From a virus (lineage: Duplodnaviria > Caudoviricetes): a stretch of 44,823 nt of DNA. The DNA lies in the IMG/VR virus record IMGVR_UViG_3300033076_001609, positions 1 through 44,823 of that record. One strand, written 5' to 3'. A program made the translations under genes and the position numbers. Every line of letters begins with the position of its first letter. The stretch's first letter is position 1. The notes below the pieces were generated by a model that saw only the letters and a list, made by a program, of their open reading frames with translations, was not told the origin of the DNA and searched no databases. Below are positions 25,202 to 35,716 of this stretch, piece after piece.

Positions 25202-27208
25202 CTAACGAACTTGAATGAATTCTAGCTCTGAGTAGGTATTTCCCATGCGAGGAATTAGTCGAAGATCGCCAGAACGAGCATTGTATTCGCTCTCTTCGAC
25301 AAAGAATCTTGCAATTTGCGCAAACGAATCATTCATGCCGATTGATGCGTCAAGGCGCACCCACTCACCATAAATTAAGCGACCAGGCTCAATTTTTGTT
25401 CCAGTTCGATCAACTACAACGCCGTCGGCTCTTAAAAACCAGCGAGTTGTTGTTGGTGAATATGTTGGTTCTTCATAAATCTTAATATGCCGTTTTGGGG
25501 TAGTCGTTGCAAGATAACGGCGCGTTGTTGAGGATCCGCTTTCAAAAAGTTTTTCTATTCTCACTCCAGCTAACTCATCTTTAGTCATGTATTGCTCTGT
25601 AAAAATTGTGCTGGTTGTAGTGATTTCAAAACTTGGGATGAATTGGCCAGCGGATGTGATGTGATCGGCGATTTGTTGATTGATCGTTTGTTTGCCCCAA
25701 ACTTGAAACGGAAGCTGGGCATCGACGTGGCGAGATGTCCATGCCGTATCATCAGAGATATACATTGATCCGCGAGAGTAAGACATTGATTCATCGACAC
25801 TCAACATATAAAAATTGTTCGGATCATCGACATTGCTTCTTCGAATTACGAGAGCGTAATTCAATCCGTATGTTAAATTGACAGAGCCTGAAAATTGAAA
25901 AGTCAACCATTGAGAATCAGTGTCGATAAGTGTTGCATCTACCGTTGATGAATCAAGTACCGTGTACAGTCCAGTTCCGGCTGTTGAGCAAAGCTCTACA
26001 ATCAGACTGTCGGTTGGATTTCCGACCTTTTTTGCGTTAAGCAAAACGTAAAAAACCGGCCAAGTTCCTGGAGTTTCAAGGGAAAAATGTTGAGCTACTC
26101 TGCGGGATGAACAAGTAGCGGTAACAGCGAACGGCGCTGTGAGTGATGGAAATTGTTCTGCCAGAGCGGCATTGACAGCGATACTGTTGCCGCGGCTAAG
26201 CGTCACTGTTTGCAAAACAAGGTCTTGCGAAATTCCGGCAGGCGAAACGGCAAGGTGGTCGGCCGACGCTGCTCTAACAAACCAAAAGCGATTGTTGTTG
26301 ACGTTGAGTGCTCCCTGAACTAACACCATATCGTCTGTTTTGATGTCAGAGAGCACCCCGTTCAGGTTATCAATATCATCAACAGGGTCGAAGCGAAAAC
26401 TACTGTCAGTGATCGACACTCGATCCTCAGACGCTACATTTTCGATGACAAATGGATTGTTGTTTGCTGCTGACCCTGAAATTCTAACCCTATAGCCAGT
26501 CTTAAAATTTTTGAAATAGCCGTTTTCGTCGTGAATTCGCCGCGTAGCCGGATCAAAACCAACTCTATTTGATGTAAATCCAAGGCCAATTGGTTGCTCA
26601 CTTCCAGCGCTACCTTCAAAAACTTCACGCCCTTGTTGCTGGCGATAATAGCGCCAATTGAGTGTTGAAAACCATCCAGCACAAATAAGTCGCGCTCCAA
26701 ATCGATTATCAGACACCTCAATTGACGGTACTGGGTTTTTTAAGAGATCGAGGCGTGATTGTTGGTAAGTCGAAACTGCGGCTTGAGTCGTATCTGTTTT
26801 GCTCATCACCGACTCTTTATATCCAAAAAGCGAAACACTAAGATCGTCTTGAGTCCATTCGGTTCTGTCTGAGATAGATTTGCCGAACGCATTTTTGTAT
26901 GAATAGATCGTGCTGATTCTGTTCGACATGCGATCTAGAGTAATGCTGATCGCAATTGGGCCGATATAAACTACAATTTCTTTTACGTAGCCGTTCCAGA
27001 CAATCGAATTGCTTTCGCTTAAAATTGTAACATCATAACGCAACCACTTAAGAACATCACTCACACCGTTGTCGGGAGCTGAAACTTCAAGCGTCGCCCT
27101 TTTGTAACCGCCGACCGCATTTGCCGACCATGTGATCGGAGCAACCGTCATATTTGAGAGTTGAACGTTTTTGAAACTTCGATCTCTAACTTTTACAAAA
27201 TTCGACAT
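25202..27208 (-). CDS. Tail tip hub protein (Tal-like) with inserted beta-rich domains
   Basis: WSANAVGG, VWNGYV and DDLSVSLFGYKE; follows the Dit-like gene. Confidence 0.7.
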   Translation of the reverse strand: MSNFVKVRDRSFKNVQLSNMTVAPITWSANAVGGYKRATLEVSAPDNGVSDVLKWLRYDVTILSESNSIVWNGYVKEIVVYIGPIAISITLDRMSNRISTIYSYKNAFGKSISDRTEWTQDDLSVSLFGYKESVMSKTDTTQAAVSTYQQSRLDLLKNPVPSIEVSDNRFGARLICAGWFSTLNWRYYRQQQGREVFEGSAGSEQPIGLGFTSNRVGFDPATRRIHDENGYFKNFKTGYRVRISGSAANNNPFVIENVASEDRVSITDSSFRFDPVDDIDNLNGVLSDIKTDDMVLVQGALNVNNNRFWFVRAASADHLAVSPAGISQDLVLQTVTLSRGNSIAVNAALAEQFPSLTAPFAVTATCSSRRVAQHFSLETPGTWPVFYVLLNAKKVGNPTDSLIVELCSTAGTGLYTVLDSSTVDATLIDTDSQWLTFQFSGSVNLTYGLNYALVIRRSNVDDPNNFYMLSVDESMSYSRGSMYISDDTAWTSRHVDAQLPFQVWGKQTINQQIADHITSAGQFIPSFEITTTSTIFTEQYMTKDELAGVRIEKLFESGSSTTRRYLATTTPKRHIKIYEEPTYSPTTTRWFLRADGVVVDRTGTKIEPGRLIYGEWVRLDASIGMNDSFAQIARFFVEESEYNARSGDLRLIPRMGNTYSELEFIQVR

Positions 27209-27223
27209 GAAGGATACTCTCCT

Positions 27224-28618
27224 TTAGAATGTTAATCGGCGGGGCCAGTGCTCAAGTTGAACTTTCATCGTTCGAGTAGCCGTGTATCCAGGCTCATCAA
27301 CTAAAACATAAAGTCGATTTGTAACGCCAGGCCAGATTACAAGATCGTTACCTTCGGCCGTATAGATTGGAAGCTTGTTGTTTGATGCATTTCGATAAAC
27401 GCTTTCACCATTGTATGAATCATCGATGAAGTATTCATTGTTTGGAGTCGGAATCGATGTTGCCGATTGCTCAATGTGCCGAAAATTGTTTGATGGAACA
27501 AACATGATAAAGTCTAGTTGGAATGCGGTTGCTCCAGTGCATCTTACATTTAGAGAAAAACCAGATGAATATGTTGTTCCCACAACAAAATTAGATTGTG
27601 GTAGGCGAATGTTGCCGAGATCGTAAATTAACCCGCCGGAACCACCTTGAACTTCATCACCACGCCAAGTGTTAAGAAAAAGTGGAGAATCGAATACTCC
27701 AGCTCCAATACTTACGAAACAGTTTGATGAAATGGCGGTTCGACACACCATGAGAGCCCTAAACATTCTACCTTTTGTGATTGAAAAGAAGTTTGTGCTC
27801 GGCAACCAGTAGAGAGATGAAACATAATCCCCGGCTGCGGCGTACGTGAGATCGCGGTATGAACCGCCGCTGGAGCTTGCATCAGTTAAATTCGTTCCAG
27901 CACCGCTGGCGGCTGAACCTTCCCAGATGTGTTGAAAATTTGTTGGATCAGCAACGCCATTAATGGCTAAATAGACATTTTTGAACGTCATCGCTGAACC
28001 GGAAGTGTTTTGAATTGATATCCTTACTGGCGAAGGGATTGTTCCCGAGATTCCTGAGCCCGAATAAGAAGCCCAATTATCATCGCCAGACGTTGCATCA
28101 TCATGATTTTTAATCGTTAAAAGCGTTGCAGAACCATTGCCATTGCTTCCAGTTAGCATTGTTTCACTACTTTTTTGCCAAAAATAGCGGCGCAGGACGA
28201 CCAAATCAAACGTAATTTTTCCTTGAGGAATTTCGATGAATGAATCCTCATTTGGCTCTAACCACATCGTTAGAATTTCAGAGGACCAAAACACAGAATC
28301 AAATTGCATTTGAACTTCGACAAAAGTTTTAGGGCCAGCATCCTCTTTATGCCGGCGAATTGTCCGCTCAACGAACAATTCGACTCTCTCATAATCAGAT
28401 TGTGCGAGAGCGGCCGTCGCATTTGAAATCATGATTGTGATTCGATCTTGAACATCGCGATAAACAACATTCACGAGATCAGTATCACTTGAACCACCAT
28501 TCGACGATGTAAAATCTAATTCTGGCGCGCCCATCTCGTACTTCAAAAGAATGTACGGAGCGCTCGACAATGTAATCGTGTCGGTCGTGTAATCCGTAAT
28601 ACGCGCTGAGTGCGCCAT
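27224..28618 (-). CDS. Distal tail protein (evolved Dit-like)
   Basis: RRYFW, ISGTIPSPVRISI, LVIWPGVTNRL and terminal WPRRLTF; position in the tail module. Confidence 0.7.
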   Translation of the reverse strand: MAHSARITDYTTDTITLSSAPYILLKYEMGAPELDFTSSNGGSSDTDLVNVVYRDVQDRITIMISNATAALAQSDYERVELFVERTIRRHKEDAGPKTFVEVQMQFDSVFWSSEILTMWLEPNEDSFIEIPQGKITFDLVVLRRYFWQKSSETMLTGSNGNGSATLLTIKNHDDATSGDDNWASYSGSGISGTIPSPVRISIQNTSGSAMTFKNVYLAINGVADPTNFQHIWEGSAASGAGTNLTDASSSGGSYRDLTYAAAGDYVSSLYWLPSTNFFSITKGRMFRALMVCRTAISSNCFVSIGAGVFDSPLFLNTWRGDEVQGGSGGLIYDLGNIRLPQSNFVVGTTYSSGFSLNVRCTGATAFQLDFIMFVPSNNFRHIEQSATSIPTPNNEYFIDDSYNGESVYRNASNNKLPIYTAEGNDLVIWPGVTNRLYVLVDEPGYTATRTMKVQLEHWPRRLTF

Positions 28619-28643
28619 GTTTTTCTCCTGTTATCGCAATTCG

Positions 28644-28967
28644 CTACCTAACATAAAATGAAATTGTGTTTTTCCACGGTAGCCCGTTTCCGTCTGTGCT
28701 ATTATACGTTGCGGTGATTGTGAGGTAGCGAAGATTATCATCATTTGCAAAAACGGCGAGATCGTTCCCAGACAGTAAGATTCTTGTTACCAGAGCTGGG
28801 CTCGCTGTTACATTTTCGCGAGAGTTGATAATTGTTGTACCATCAGACCGCGTCAGTGTCCATGTTACCGAAACTGGCACGGTCTGATAGCCGCCTTCAT
28901 CCCTCAAGATTATCTTAACCACCGCCGAGCTGTTTTTCTTTACCGGCTCGTTAAAGTGGTTGACCAT
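28644..28967 (-). CDS. Hypothetical virion protein (beta-sandwich-like)
   Basis: AAGGAG RBS; 107 aa, beta-rich. Confidence 0.65.
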   Translation of the reverse strand: MVNHFNEPVKKNSSAVVKIILRDEGGYQTVPVSVTWTLTRSDGTTIINSRENVTASPALVTRILLSGNDLAVFANDDNLRYLTITATYNSTDGNGLPWKNTISFYVR

Positions 28968-28981
28968 TTTGCTCCTTAATC

Positions 28982-29797
28982 TTATGTCATTTGCACTGCA
29001 AGTTGGCCGCTGGCGAACGAAGCCGTATCACCGGTGCCTACCGCCTGATCGGTCATCGCATTATCATAGAAAAGTAAGTTGCCGGCGCTCGAAGCATCGA
29101 CAATCGCGATTGATGTAATTGTACTCCAAGATGCAGTTGCGGTGGCCATATCGATTTGCTGATTGTTCGTAACTTGCCCAGAAGAAGCCAAATTCCAAGT
29201 CGGACTTGAGCCGCCGTTAGCGTTTACCAACTTACGAGCATAACTCCCACCAGCCGGCTCGGTGATTGTTGAACCGGTATCAGAATCGGCAACGGTTGCT
29301 GTTGTAAGAGCAATGTAAGTGGATGGACGTGAATACGCCGTATTTTTGAACATCAAATCCAAAAGCTTATTGGCGAGATAGTTGCTGATTTCACCAGCGG
29401 CATATTCGATGTAAGTTTCGCCGCTTGCAACTGATGGCGTATTTCCACTTACAATCGATTTTGATGCAGCAAAAGAGCCGTGGGCTAAAACATTGCCTGA
29501 GCCATGTGTTGCATTATCAACGATAAACCAATGCGTGACTGTACCCCAGCTACCGGTGGCTTGAGGAAATGTAACAGTTGCATTTTGCGTAATGCGGCGA
29601 GAGGCCGCAGAACCAAAAGCGATTGCCGTGCGAGCGTATGCTCCACTGTTGGCAACCTCGTTTGCCGATGCTCCAGTTGCAGCATCGGTGGGATCGGCTG
29701 TAGCGAGCGCCAGATAAATTGTCGCGGCGGGCGTATAAGCCGTGTTCAAGACATGATCGAGAAGTTTGTTTTCTGCATAATCAGTTAGTGAACCCAT
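28982..29797 (-). CDS. Virion structural protein with internal tandem duplication
   Basis: Two halves: LTDYAENKLLD..IYLAL.T..AYAR..ATGSWGTVT..IVD..GNVL and ISNYLANKLLD..YIALTT..SYAR..ATASWSTIT..IVD..GNLL. Confidence 0.8.
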   Translation of the reverse strand: MGSLTDYAENKLLDHVLNTAYTPAATIYLALATADPTDAATGASANEVANSGAYARTAIAFGSAASRRITQNATVTFPQATGSWGTVTHWFIVDNATHGSGNVLAHGSFAASKSIVSGNTPSVASGETYIEYAAGEISNYLANKLLDLMFKNTAYSRPSTYIALTTATVADSDTGSTITEPAGGSYARKLVNANGGSSPTWNLASSGQVTNNQQIDMATATASWSTITSIAIVDASSAGNLLFYDNAMTDQAVGTGDTASFASGQLAVQMT

Positions 29798-29832
29798 GAG
29801 TGTAAATCTCCTTATGAATAGTTGCGGTTGGC

Positions 29833-32241
29833 TTACGCTCCGCGTTTTAATGTAACTTCAAAATCTGGCTGCACGATACTGATGATCGCTCTTAGGATTC
29901 CTTCTACCATTCTAACATCCAAATCGGTAGAATTGGTTTGAGAATTTGCAGCAATGATCGCATTCATCAGGCGAGTCAAGATGAGATCAATATCAGCTGA
30001 GGATTGAGAAATCGCTGAAAGCGACGCTGATAAAGAGATGGCGAGGTTTAATGTGGCTGCATCACTTGCCGTCGTTGCCGCGGTAACTTGGCAAGTATTC
30101 AAAATTTGCCGAAGCAGTGTGAGATTGGGCGTTGATGAGCCAGCGAAGATGATTGATTGAATTGCAATAGCAAGTTTCAGTTGAGCGTCGGTTACAGTTA
30201 GAGAATTCGCCGATATCGTCGATACGAGATTCGCCAATTTTGTTAATTCAGCATTTGGCGTTACCGACTGTGCCGCAATGCTTGCCGCAATATTTACAAA
30301 AGTTAAAATCAAAACTTCAGACGTTGTTGCTTCAGATCGAGCGGTGGCTGTCATGGCTCTTGCAATGCTTAACGGTGAGTTTTGAGTCGCCGAAACCGCT
30401 GCAGCAACGGCACTCATGAGCATTGTTCGGCTCACGTTTGGGTTGCTGGTTGTAGAATTTGCCTGGAGAATTGAATTCAGGAAACGAGATAGTGTAAGTG
30501 TTGACGTACTAACAGACGACTGAGATAAAACTGTTGCAATCAAAGAAACGGCTGAAGCAAGTGATATTGTTGATGTAGAACTAGAAGCTAAGATAGTTGA
30601 AGATAGAAGGCGAATCAATACCATCGCAGCATTATCTGGCGTAGATGTTGCCGATAGCAGAGTTGATGTTAGCTGTCTAGCAATTGATATCGTTGTCGCG
30701 TCACTAGCAGAACTTGAGGCTGTTAAATTTGAGATGATCGATCGTGCTACGATTACGTTTGAATTCGAACTACCAACAACGGCTTCAAGTGCAGCAATCA
30801 TTGATCTAGCTACGATAACTGGCGCACTAGAAGTTGATGATGCAGCCAAAAGTGTAGCTATGAATGCAACCCTCGTCAAGATTGAACTTTGAGATGTTGC
30901 TGAGATTGCCGAAATTGTCGATGCAAATTCTCGAGCAATCGAAATCAAAATATTAGAGGTTTGCGTATTTGACGTAATCGTTGGAGAAAGGGCTCTCGCA
31001 ACCGTAACGTTTGAATTTTGAGTTGCGCTTGAAGCTGCTGCTAAAGCTTGAATAGACCTTTCAATCAAAATACTTGAATTTGATGTTGATGCCGAGGCTG
31101 CCGTGATGGCAGCGATAAACTTAATGATTGCAATGATTGTGCTATCTGACGCGGCCGAGTTTGATGAAATCGTTGCCGAAAGTGGTCTATCGATGGCTAA
31201 GTTTTGAATTGATGTTAGCGCATCAGCAACGATGGCAGCAATCATTGGGCGATTAACGACAATTGATGTATTTGATGAATTTGATGCCGCTGTCAAAATT
31301 GGTGAAAGTGCTCGTGCAATGATTAATGCGGCGTTTGGCGTTAGTGACGCAGCTACAAGCGTTCCGGCCAGCGGGCGAGAAACAGCTAGCCCAACGGCTG
31401 GAGTAGCAGAGATACTCGCGAGTGTTGCGGCGAGATAATCGGTTATAGTGATTGGCGGTGCTGAAGTTGCTGAAGCTCCCGAAGATGTTGCAGAATTTGA
31501 AATCAATAGCTTCAAAATTGAAGCATTCGTAGACGAACTTGCAGCAGTAACAGTCGATGAAAAGGTGATGCTTGTGTTGGCTTGTTTTAGCGCCACAGCA
31601 ATCACCGACCAGTCGCCAGCTACATTAAGATCGCCAGTTGCGCCAATCGTTTTTGAGCCAGAGGTTGTTTCATCTTTATACCATACAGACGCACTGGTAA
31701 CCGCACCACCGGAACCGTTTGAGTTGTTGATTGAGATTGAATTTTGCCCGCCAGGAACGGTAAATGTACGTTGGCGATGCGTTCCAAAACCGATAATACG
31801 AGTCGTGGCTGACGTTGTCGTAATCGTACAAAGCATATCAACATCATCAGTTGTAGGTGGGCCGGCATTTGTATTCGATGCGTCGATTGCTCCAGAACCA
31901 TTTGTGCCAGTTGTATCAACCCCTGTAGCCTTGATAACAACGAGCCATGCAGGATTAACATTTCCAGTGATCGTCACTGTGATCGTTCCACTCGACGGAT
32001 CACTCGTACTCAATCCGCGCCACAACCAACTTTTCATTTGGCTCTGCGCATTCAAAAGCCCACCGGATGTTACCTCAGTCCAACTGAGCCCAGTTCCGCT
32101 AATAGACGGAGTGATGCTCGTTGTGCGCATGACGAGATAGACCAAAAACAATTCATTCGCCGCCGGATCAACCGATGTGAGAGTGATTGTATCTCCAGTT
32201 GTGATGTTGTTTGTGCCGACCAGAGAAGTCGAGATTGCCAA
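29833..32241 (-). CDS. Long A/S/T/I-rich fibre-like protein with about 21-22-aa repeats and an N-terminal globular domain
   Basis: TTG start after GGAGG; repeats such as LAVSRPLAGTLVAASLTPNAA / LIIARALSPILTAASNSSNTS. Confidence 0.8.
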   Translation of the reverse strand: MAISTSLVGTNNITTGDTITLTSVDPAANELFLVYLVMRTTSITPSISGTGLSWTEVTSGGLLNAQSQMKSWLWRGLSTSDPSSGTITVTITGNVNPAWLVVIKATGVDTTGTNGSGAIDASNTNAGPPTTDDVDMLCTITTTSATTRIIGFGTHRQRTFTVPGGQNSISINNSNGSGGAVTSASVWYKDETTSGSKTIGATGDLNVAGDWSVIAVALKQANTSITFSSTVTAASSSTNASILKLLISNSATSSGASATSAPPITITDYLAATLASISATPAVGLAVSRPLAGTLVAASLTPNAALIIARALSPILTAASNSSNTSIVVNRPMIAAIVADALTSIQNLAIDRPLSATISSNSAASDSTIIAIIKFIAAITAASASTSNSSILIERSIQALAAASSATQNSNVTVARALSPTITSNTQTSNILISIAREFASTISAISATSQSSILTRVAFIATLLAASSTSSAPVIVARSMIAALEAVVGSSNSNVIVARSIISNLTASSSASDATTISIARQLTSTLLSATSTPDNAAMVLIRLLSSTILASSSTSTISLASAVSLIATVLSQSSVSTSTLTLSRFLNSILQANSTTSNPNVSRTMLMSAVAAAVSATQNSPLSIARAMTATARSEATTSEVLILTFVNIAASIAAQSVTPNAELTKLANLVSTISANSLTVTDAQLKLAIAIQSIIFAGSSTPNLTLLRQILNTCQVTAATTASDAATLNLAISLSASLSAISQSSADIDLILTRLMNAIIAANSQTNSTDLDVRMVEGILRAIISIVQPDFEVTLKRGA

Positions 32242-32323
32242 GGCCTACCTCCAATTTTGTAAAGTGAGTTCGCCGCCTGGACACGACGAACCCGTAACGA
32301 AAGGAGAAAAAGAGATGATAGCT

Positions 32324-33097
32324 TTACCGAAAAATTTGATATGCGATCCAGAGAATTTCGGCTGACAAAGCTGCACCAATCAAAAGCAAAGTATTCGTGA
32401 TGCGAGGATTTCTTTCTTGAAGAACATTGACGAGTGAAGCCAATTGTTTGTTGTTTTCTTCAAGAAGAGTGATGCGTTGTTTCATGATGATCAACTCAGC
32501 GTTGATTGTTGCATCTAGTTTATAGAAAGCACGAGTCAAGTCTTGAAAGTCGCGCTGTTGGGAATTTTCATTTTGGTTTGATCCACCATTCAAATCGAAC
32601 ATGTGCACGCTACTGATACCTCCAAGGTAAACGTAAGTCGAGTTTTCCGCAGAAATACTTGCTCGATAAGCTGCTGAAATCGAGTTAGTTTCTGCAAGTT
32701 TTTGCGCGAACAAAGATCCGGTCTGGTAAGCAATGATGTCGTCGACGTTTTTGATCGTGCATACGACAGAGCAACCACTATCGTTTTGAATCTTTTGTGC
32801 AAAAGACTGACTTGCGCAGGTATTCAAGTAGACAAGCTTGAATCTACCGCGGATTAGCGTGACGAATTGATCAATTGGAATGCTCTGTTCCCCTAAGATG
32901 ATCTGGCCGTCCTCAGACATGTGTGCCGCGATCCAAAGAATGTCTGCCGAAAGCATCGGCAGTGATTTGATAAGTTCTTCGCGTGTCACATTACCCAAAA
33001 ATGGGAAGATTCTGTAGTTTAGCCTAAGCAGAGACTCGATCTCACTGTCCACATAAGTCAAGTCGCTGCGTGGAGCGATTAGGACCATCGAAAGCAT
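32324..33097 (-). CDS. CHAT/caspase-like peptidase domain + coiled coil + C-terminal TM helix
   Basis: ILWIAAHMSEDG (His) and LVYLNTCAS (Cys), plus SVVCTI.NVDD..A...FAQKLA; TM LLLIGAALSAEILWIAY. Confidence 0.72.
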   Translation of the reverse strand: MLSMVLIAPRSDLTYVDSEIESLLRLNYRIFPFLGNVTREELIKSLPMLSADILWIAAHMSEDGQIILGEQSIPIDQFVTLIRGRFKLVYLNTCASQSFAQKIQNDSGCSVVCTIKNVDDIIAYQTGSLFAQKLAETNSISAAYRASISAENSTYVYLGGISSVHMFDLNGGSNQNENSQQRDFQDLTRAFYKLDATINAELIIMKQRITLLEENNKQLASLVNVLQERNPRITNTLLLIGAALSAEILWIAYQIFR

Positions 33098-33100
33098 GAT

Positions 33101-35701
33101 TTAATTTCGCCGCCTATTGATTTCTGATACGACGCGATCAACAATTAAGTCGATATCGCGTGGGTTGCGAACTGTTGGGTTATAAATGTTCACTGTCACA
33201 CCACCCATTCCGCCCAGCATGCCGTTTGTCTCGCGGTTGTTGACAATTTGTGTACCGCGTGGTGGAATGATGAGTTCAGGACCGCCGTCGCCGACGATCA
33301 CCGGACCACCACTCCAGTTTCCAGCACCGACAGCCTGTTCTGGCGTCGAGCTAGCCCCAAGCCAATTCAAAACTTGCTGTGGAATTGGAAGAGATGGCCA
33401 TGTCCAGTTGAGAAGTGTTTCGAGGATATCTGGAAGATCGGGAAAATCCCAATCTAAGAGATCTTGCACTGACTGACTAACACTTGGAAAAGCCCAAGAG
33501 ATAAGATTTGCAGCTGAAGTTGAAACTTCAGGAAAAATCCATGTGATTAGCGAAGTTACGCCGGCTGAGACAGCTGGAAAAACCCACGCCACAAGTTTTT
33601 TCACTTCAGGGCTTGGCGGCGGAAATGCCCATTTGATGAGAGATTCAATTGACGTTGGAACATTCGGCCAAACCCACAAAATCAGCGACTCGATGGCAGC
33701 TGGAACTTGCGGCCATGTAAAGTTTTTAATTCCGGCTACTACGCTATTGATTGATGTTTTGATGCCGTCAACGTTCATTCCAGCGTCGCCAGCGATACCG
33801 GTCCATAACGTTCCAATGAATTGCACGATCGTCGCGATTGTGTTTTTGGTTGCATTAAACATCGTCATGACGCCGCTCGACCAGCCAGCGATGAATGTTT
33901 TTGCACCTTCCCATGCTCCCTTCCAATCACCTTCAAGCAATGATACAACAATTTGAATCACGCCTGCGAGCATCGTATTAAAACTTTCAAGCAAACCTTT
34001 GATTGTATCAAGAGCGATCATTACAACATCATCGAGCGAATCGAATGCCGCACTCAAAACATTCAACGCCATATAAGCAACAGCGCCAAGCCCGACACCG
34101 ATTACCATGGCAAGATTTTGCAAAAGAGGGAGGGCTGCGCCAATAACCTCTTGGATTTTAGTTCCGAATTCGCCAAATTTTGAGCCGAATTCGGTGATAT
34201 TCAAAAATAGGCGTTGAATTGTTGGGCCGAAAGCTTGGGTTAGAATGGCGATAAATTGCTGAACCTTAATTCCACCTTCGTATAAAAAGTCGCCTAGACT
34301 GTTTTCAGCTTGGTCTGAAAGTCCAATAATTCGATCAAGCGCTCCCGAGATATCATACCACCAATCAATTTCTTCAGCTTTTCCTTCAAAAATCCACTGA
34401 ACAGCATCTTTAAGATCTTTCCAGGCAGCAACCGCATCTGTAACGATGCCGGCAACTCTCTGAATCGTTGGCGGCAGGATGCCCATTGCTTCCTCAGCTT
34501 CAATGCTCCCAAGACCGGCGTCCCGAACGACTTCGATGAAGTTTTTGATTTCAGGAATTCCGTTGGCGATTTCACTAACAAGTGTGCTGACTGAACCAAA
34601 AGCACTACTGACCGCCGTACCCCAACCGCCAATATCGTATGCCAAAAGAATGCCGATACCGATTGCGACAAGTGCGAGAGGTGATGTTAAGAAAGCCGCG
34701 GCCGCTCCAACCGCTGAAATTGCTGGCGAGAGGAAACTCATAAATCTTAGCACGCCTGCGAGACCAATCAAAAGTGGGCCGATGGCGGCAGCAATTCCAG
34801 AGATTATAAGAATGAGTTGAAAAAGTTCAGGATTGTTTTCGATCATGCCGACGATTCCTTCTCGGAATTTTGTCAGCCATTCGATTGCACCGGCAAGTTT
34901 TTCGTTCAGATTGAACGTTTCGATCATCTTCGTACCGATCGTATTCAGCGTAATCGCGACTTGATCTTTTACGGTCGACCACATGCCAAGGATTGTTTTT
35001 GACTGCTCTTCCATCATCCCGCCGAACATTCCGCCCTCGCCGGTTAGGCGCCCCATTGCACCTTGTAAATCTTGGAAGCTAATTTTTCCTTTTTCGGCCA
35101 TGTCGCGAATCTGACTTTCAGTCACGCCAAGCTCTTCGGCAAGTGCTTTAATGATTGGAATGCCGCGGCCAACAAGCTGATTGATATCGCCGGTCATAAC
35201 GCGACCAGCAACTTGAGCCTGGCCGTAGATGACGGCGAGGTCCTGAATCGGCATACCGACGCCGGCGGCAATATCGCCAAGAGAAAGTAAGGTTTTTTGA
35301 ACCTCTTCGGCATTCGTTCCAAAAGCGAGAAGTTTTTTGCCAGCTTCGACAACCTCATCTTGCTCGAACGGTGTAGCTGCTGCAAATTGTTGTAAGTCAG
35401 CAATCAATTTTTTAGCTTTACCAGCATCTCCAAGCATTGTTGTAAAAGCAACGCGAAGCTGTTCTTGTTTTGCTGCACCCTCAATTGAAGCTTTGGCAAG
35501 TCCCAAAATGGGAAGAGTTAAGCCGGCAGTAAGGCCGGCACCAGCAGTAGCGAGACCGTTGCTCATATTCCGCATCTGCTCAGAGATGCTGGTTGTTTTT
35601 TGTTTGATCGTATCTAACTGGCCGGAAACTTGATTAAGAGCATTTTGTGCTTGATTCCGGGCGTTAACAACTAGATTTAACTGTGAGTTCGCGCCGCTCA
35701 T
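33101..35701 (-). CDS. Tape measure protein
   Basis: FTTMLG, FAAATPF, LGDIAAG, DINQL..RGIPI, GGMFGGMM and GDWKGAWEG; follows the tail chaperone. Confidence 0.95.
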   Translation of the reverse strand: MSGANSQLNLVVNARNQAQNALNQVSGQLDTIKQKTTSISEQMRNMSNGLATAGAGLTAGLTLPILGLAKASIEGAAKQEQLRVAFTTMLGDAGKAKKLIADLQQFAAATPFEQDEVVEAGKKLLAFGTNAEEVQKTLLSLGDIAAGVGMPIQDLAVIYGQAQVAGRVMTGDINQLVGRGIPIIKALAEELGVTESQIRDMAEKGKISFQDLQGAMGRLTGEGGMFGGMMEEQSKTILGMWSTVKDQVAITLNTIGTKMIETFNLNEKLAGAIEWLTKFREGIVGMIENNPELFQLILIISGIAAAIGPLLIGLAGVLRFMSFLSPAISAVGAAAAFLTSPLALVAIGIGILLAYDIGGWGTAVSSAFGSVSTLVSEIANGIPEIKNFIEVVRDAGLGSIEAEEAMGILPPTIQRVAGIVTDAVAAWKDLKDAVQWIFEGKAEEIDWWYDISGALDRIIGLSDQAENSLGDFLYEGGIKVQQFIAILTQAFGPTIQRLFLNITEFGSKFGEFGTKIQEVIGAALPLLQNLAMVIGVGLGAVAYMALNVLSAAFDSLDDVVMIALDTIKGLLESFNTMLAGVIQIVVSLLEGDWKGAWEGAKTFIAGWSSGVMTMFNATKNTIATIVQFIGTLWTGIAGDAGMNVDGIKTSINSVVAGIKNFTWPQVPAAIESLILWVWPNVPTSIESLIKWAFPPPSPEVKKLVAWVFPAVSAGVTSLITWIFPEVSTSAANLISWAFPSVSQSVQDLLDWDFPDLPDILETLLNWTWPSLPIPQQVLNWLGASSTPEQAVGAGNWSGGPVIVGDGGPELIIPPRGTQIVNNRETNGMLGGMGGVTVNIYNPTVRNPRDIDLIVDRVVSEINRRRN

Positions 35702-35716
35702 GCGATAGAAAGCTCC

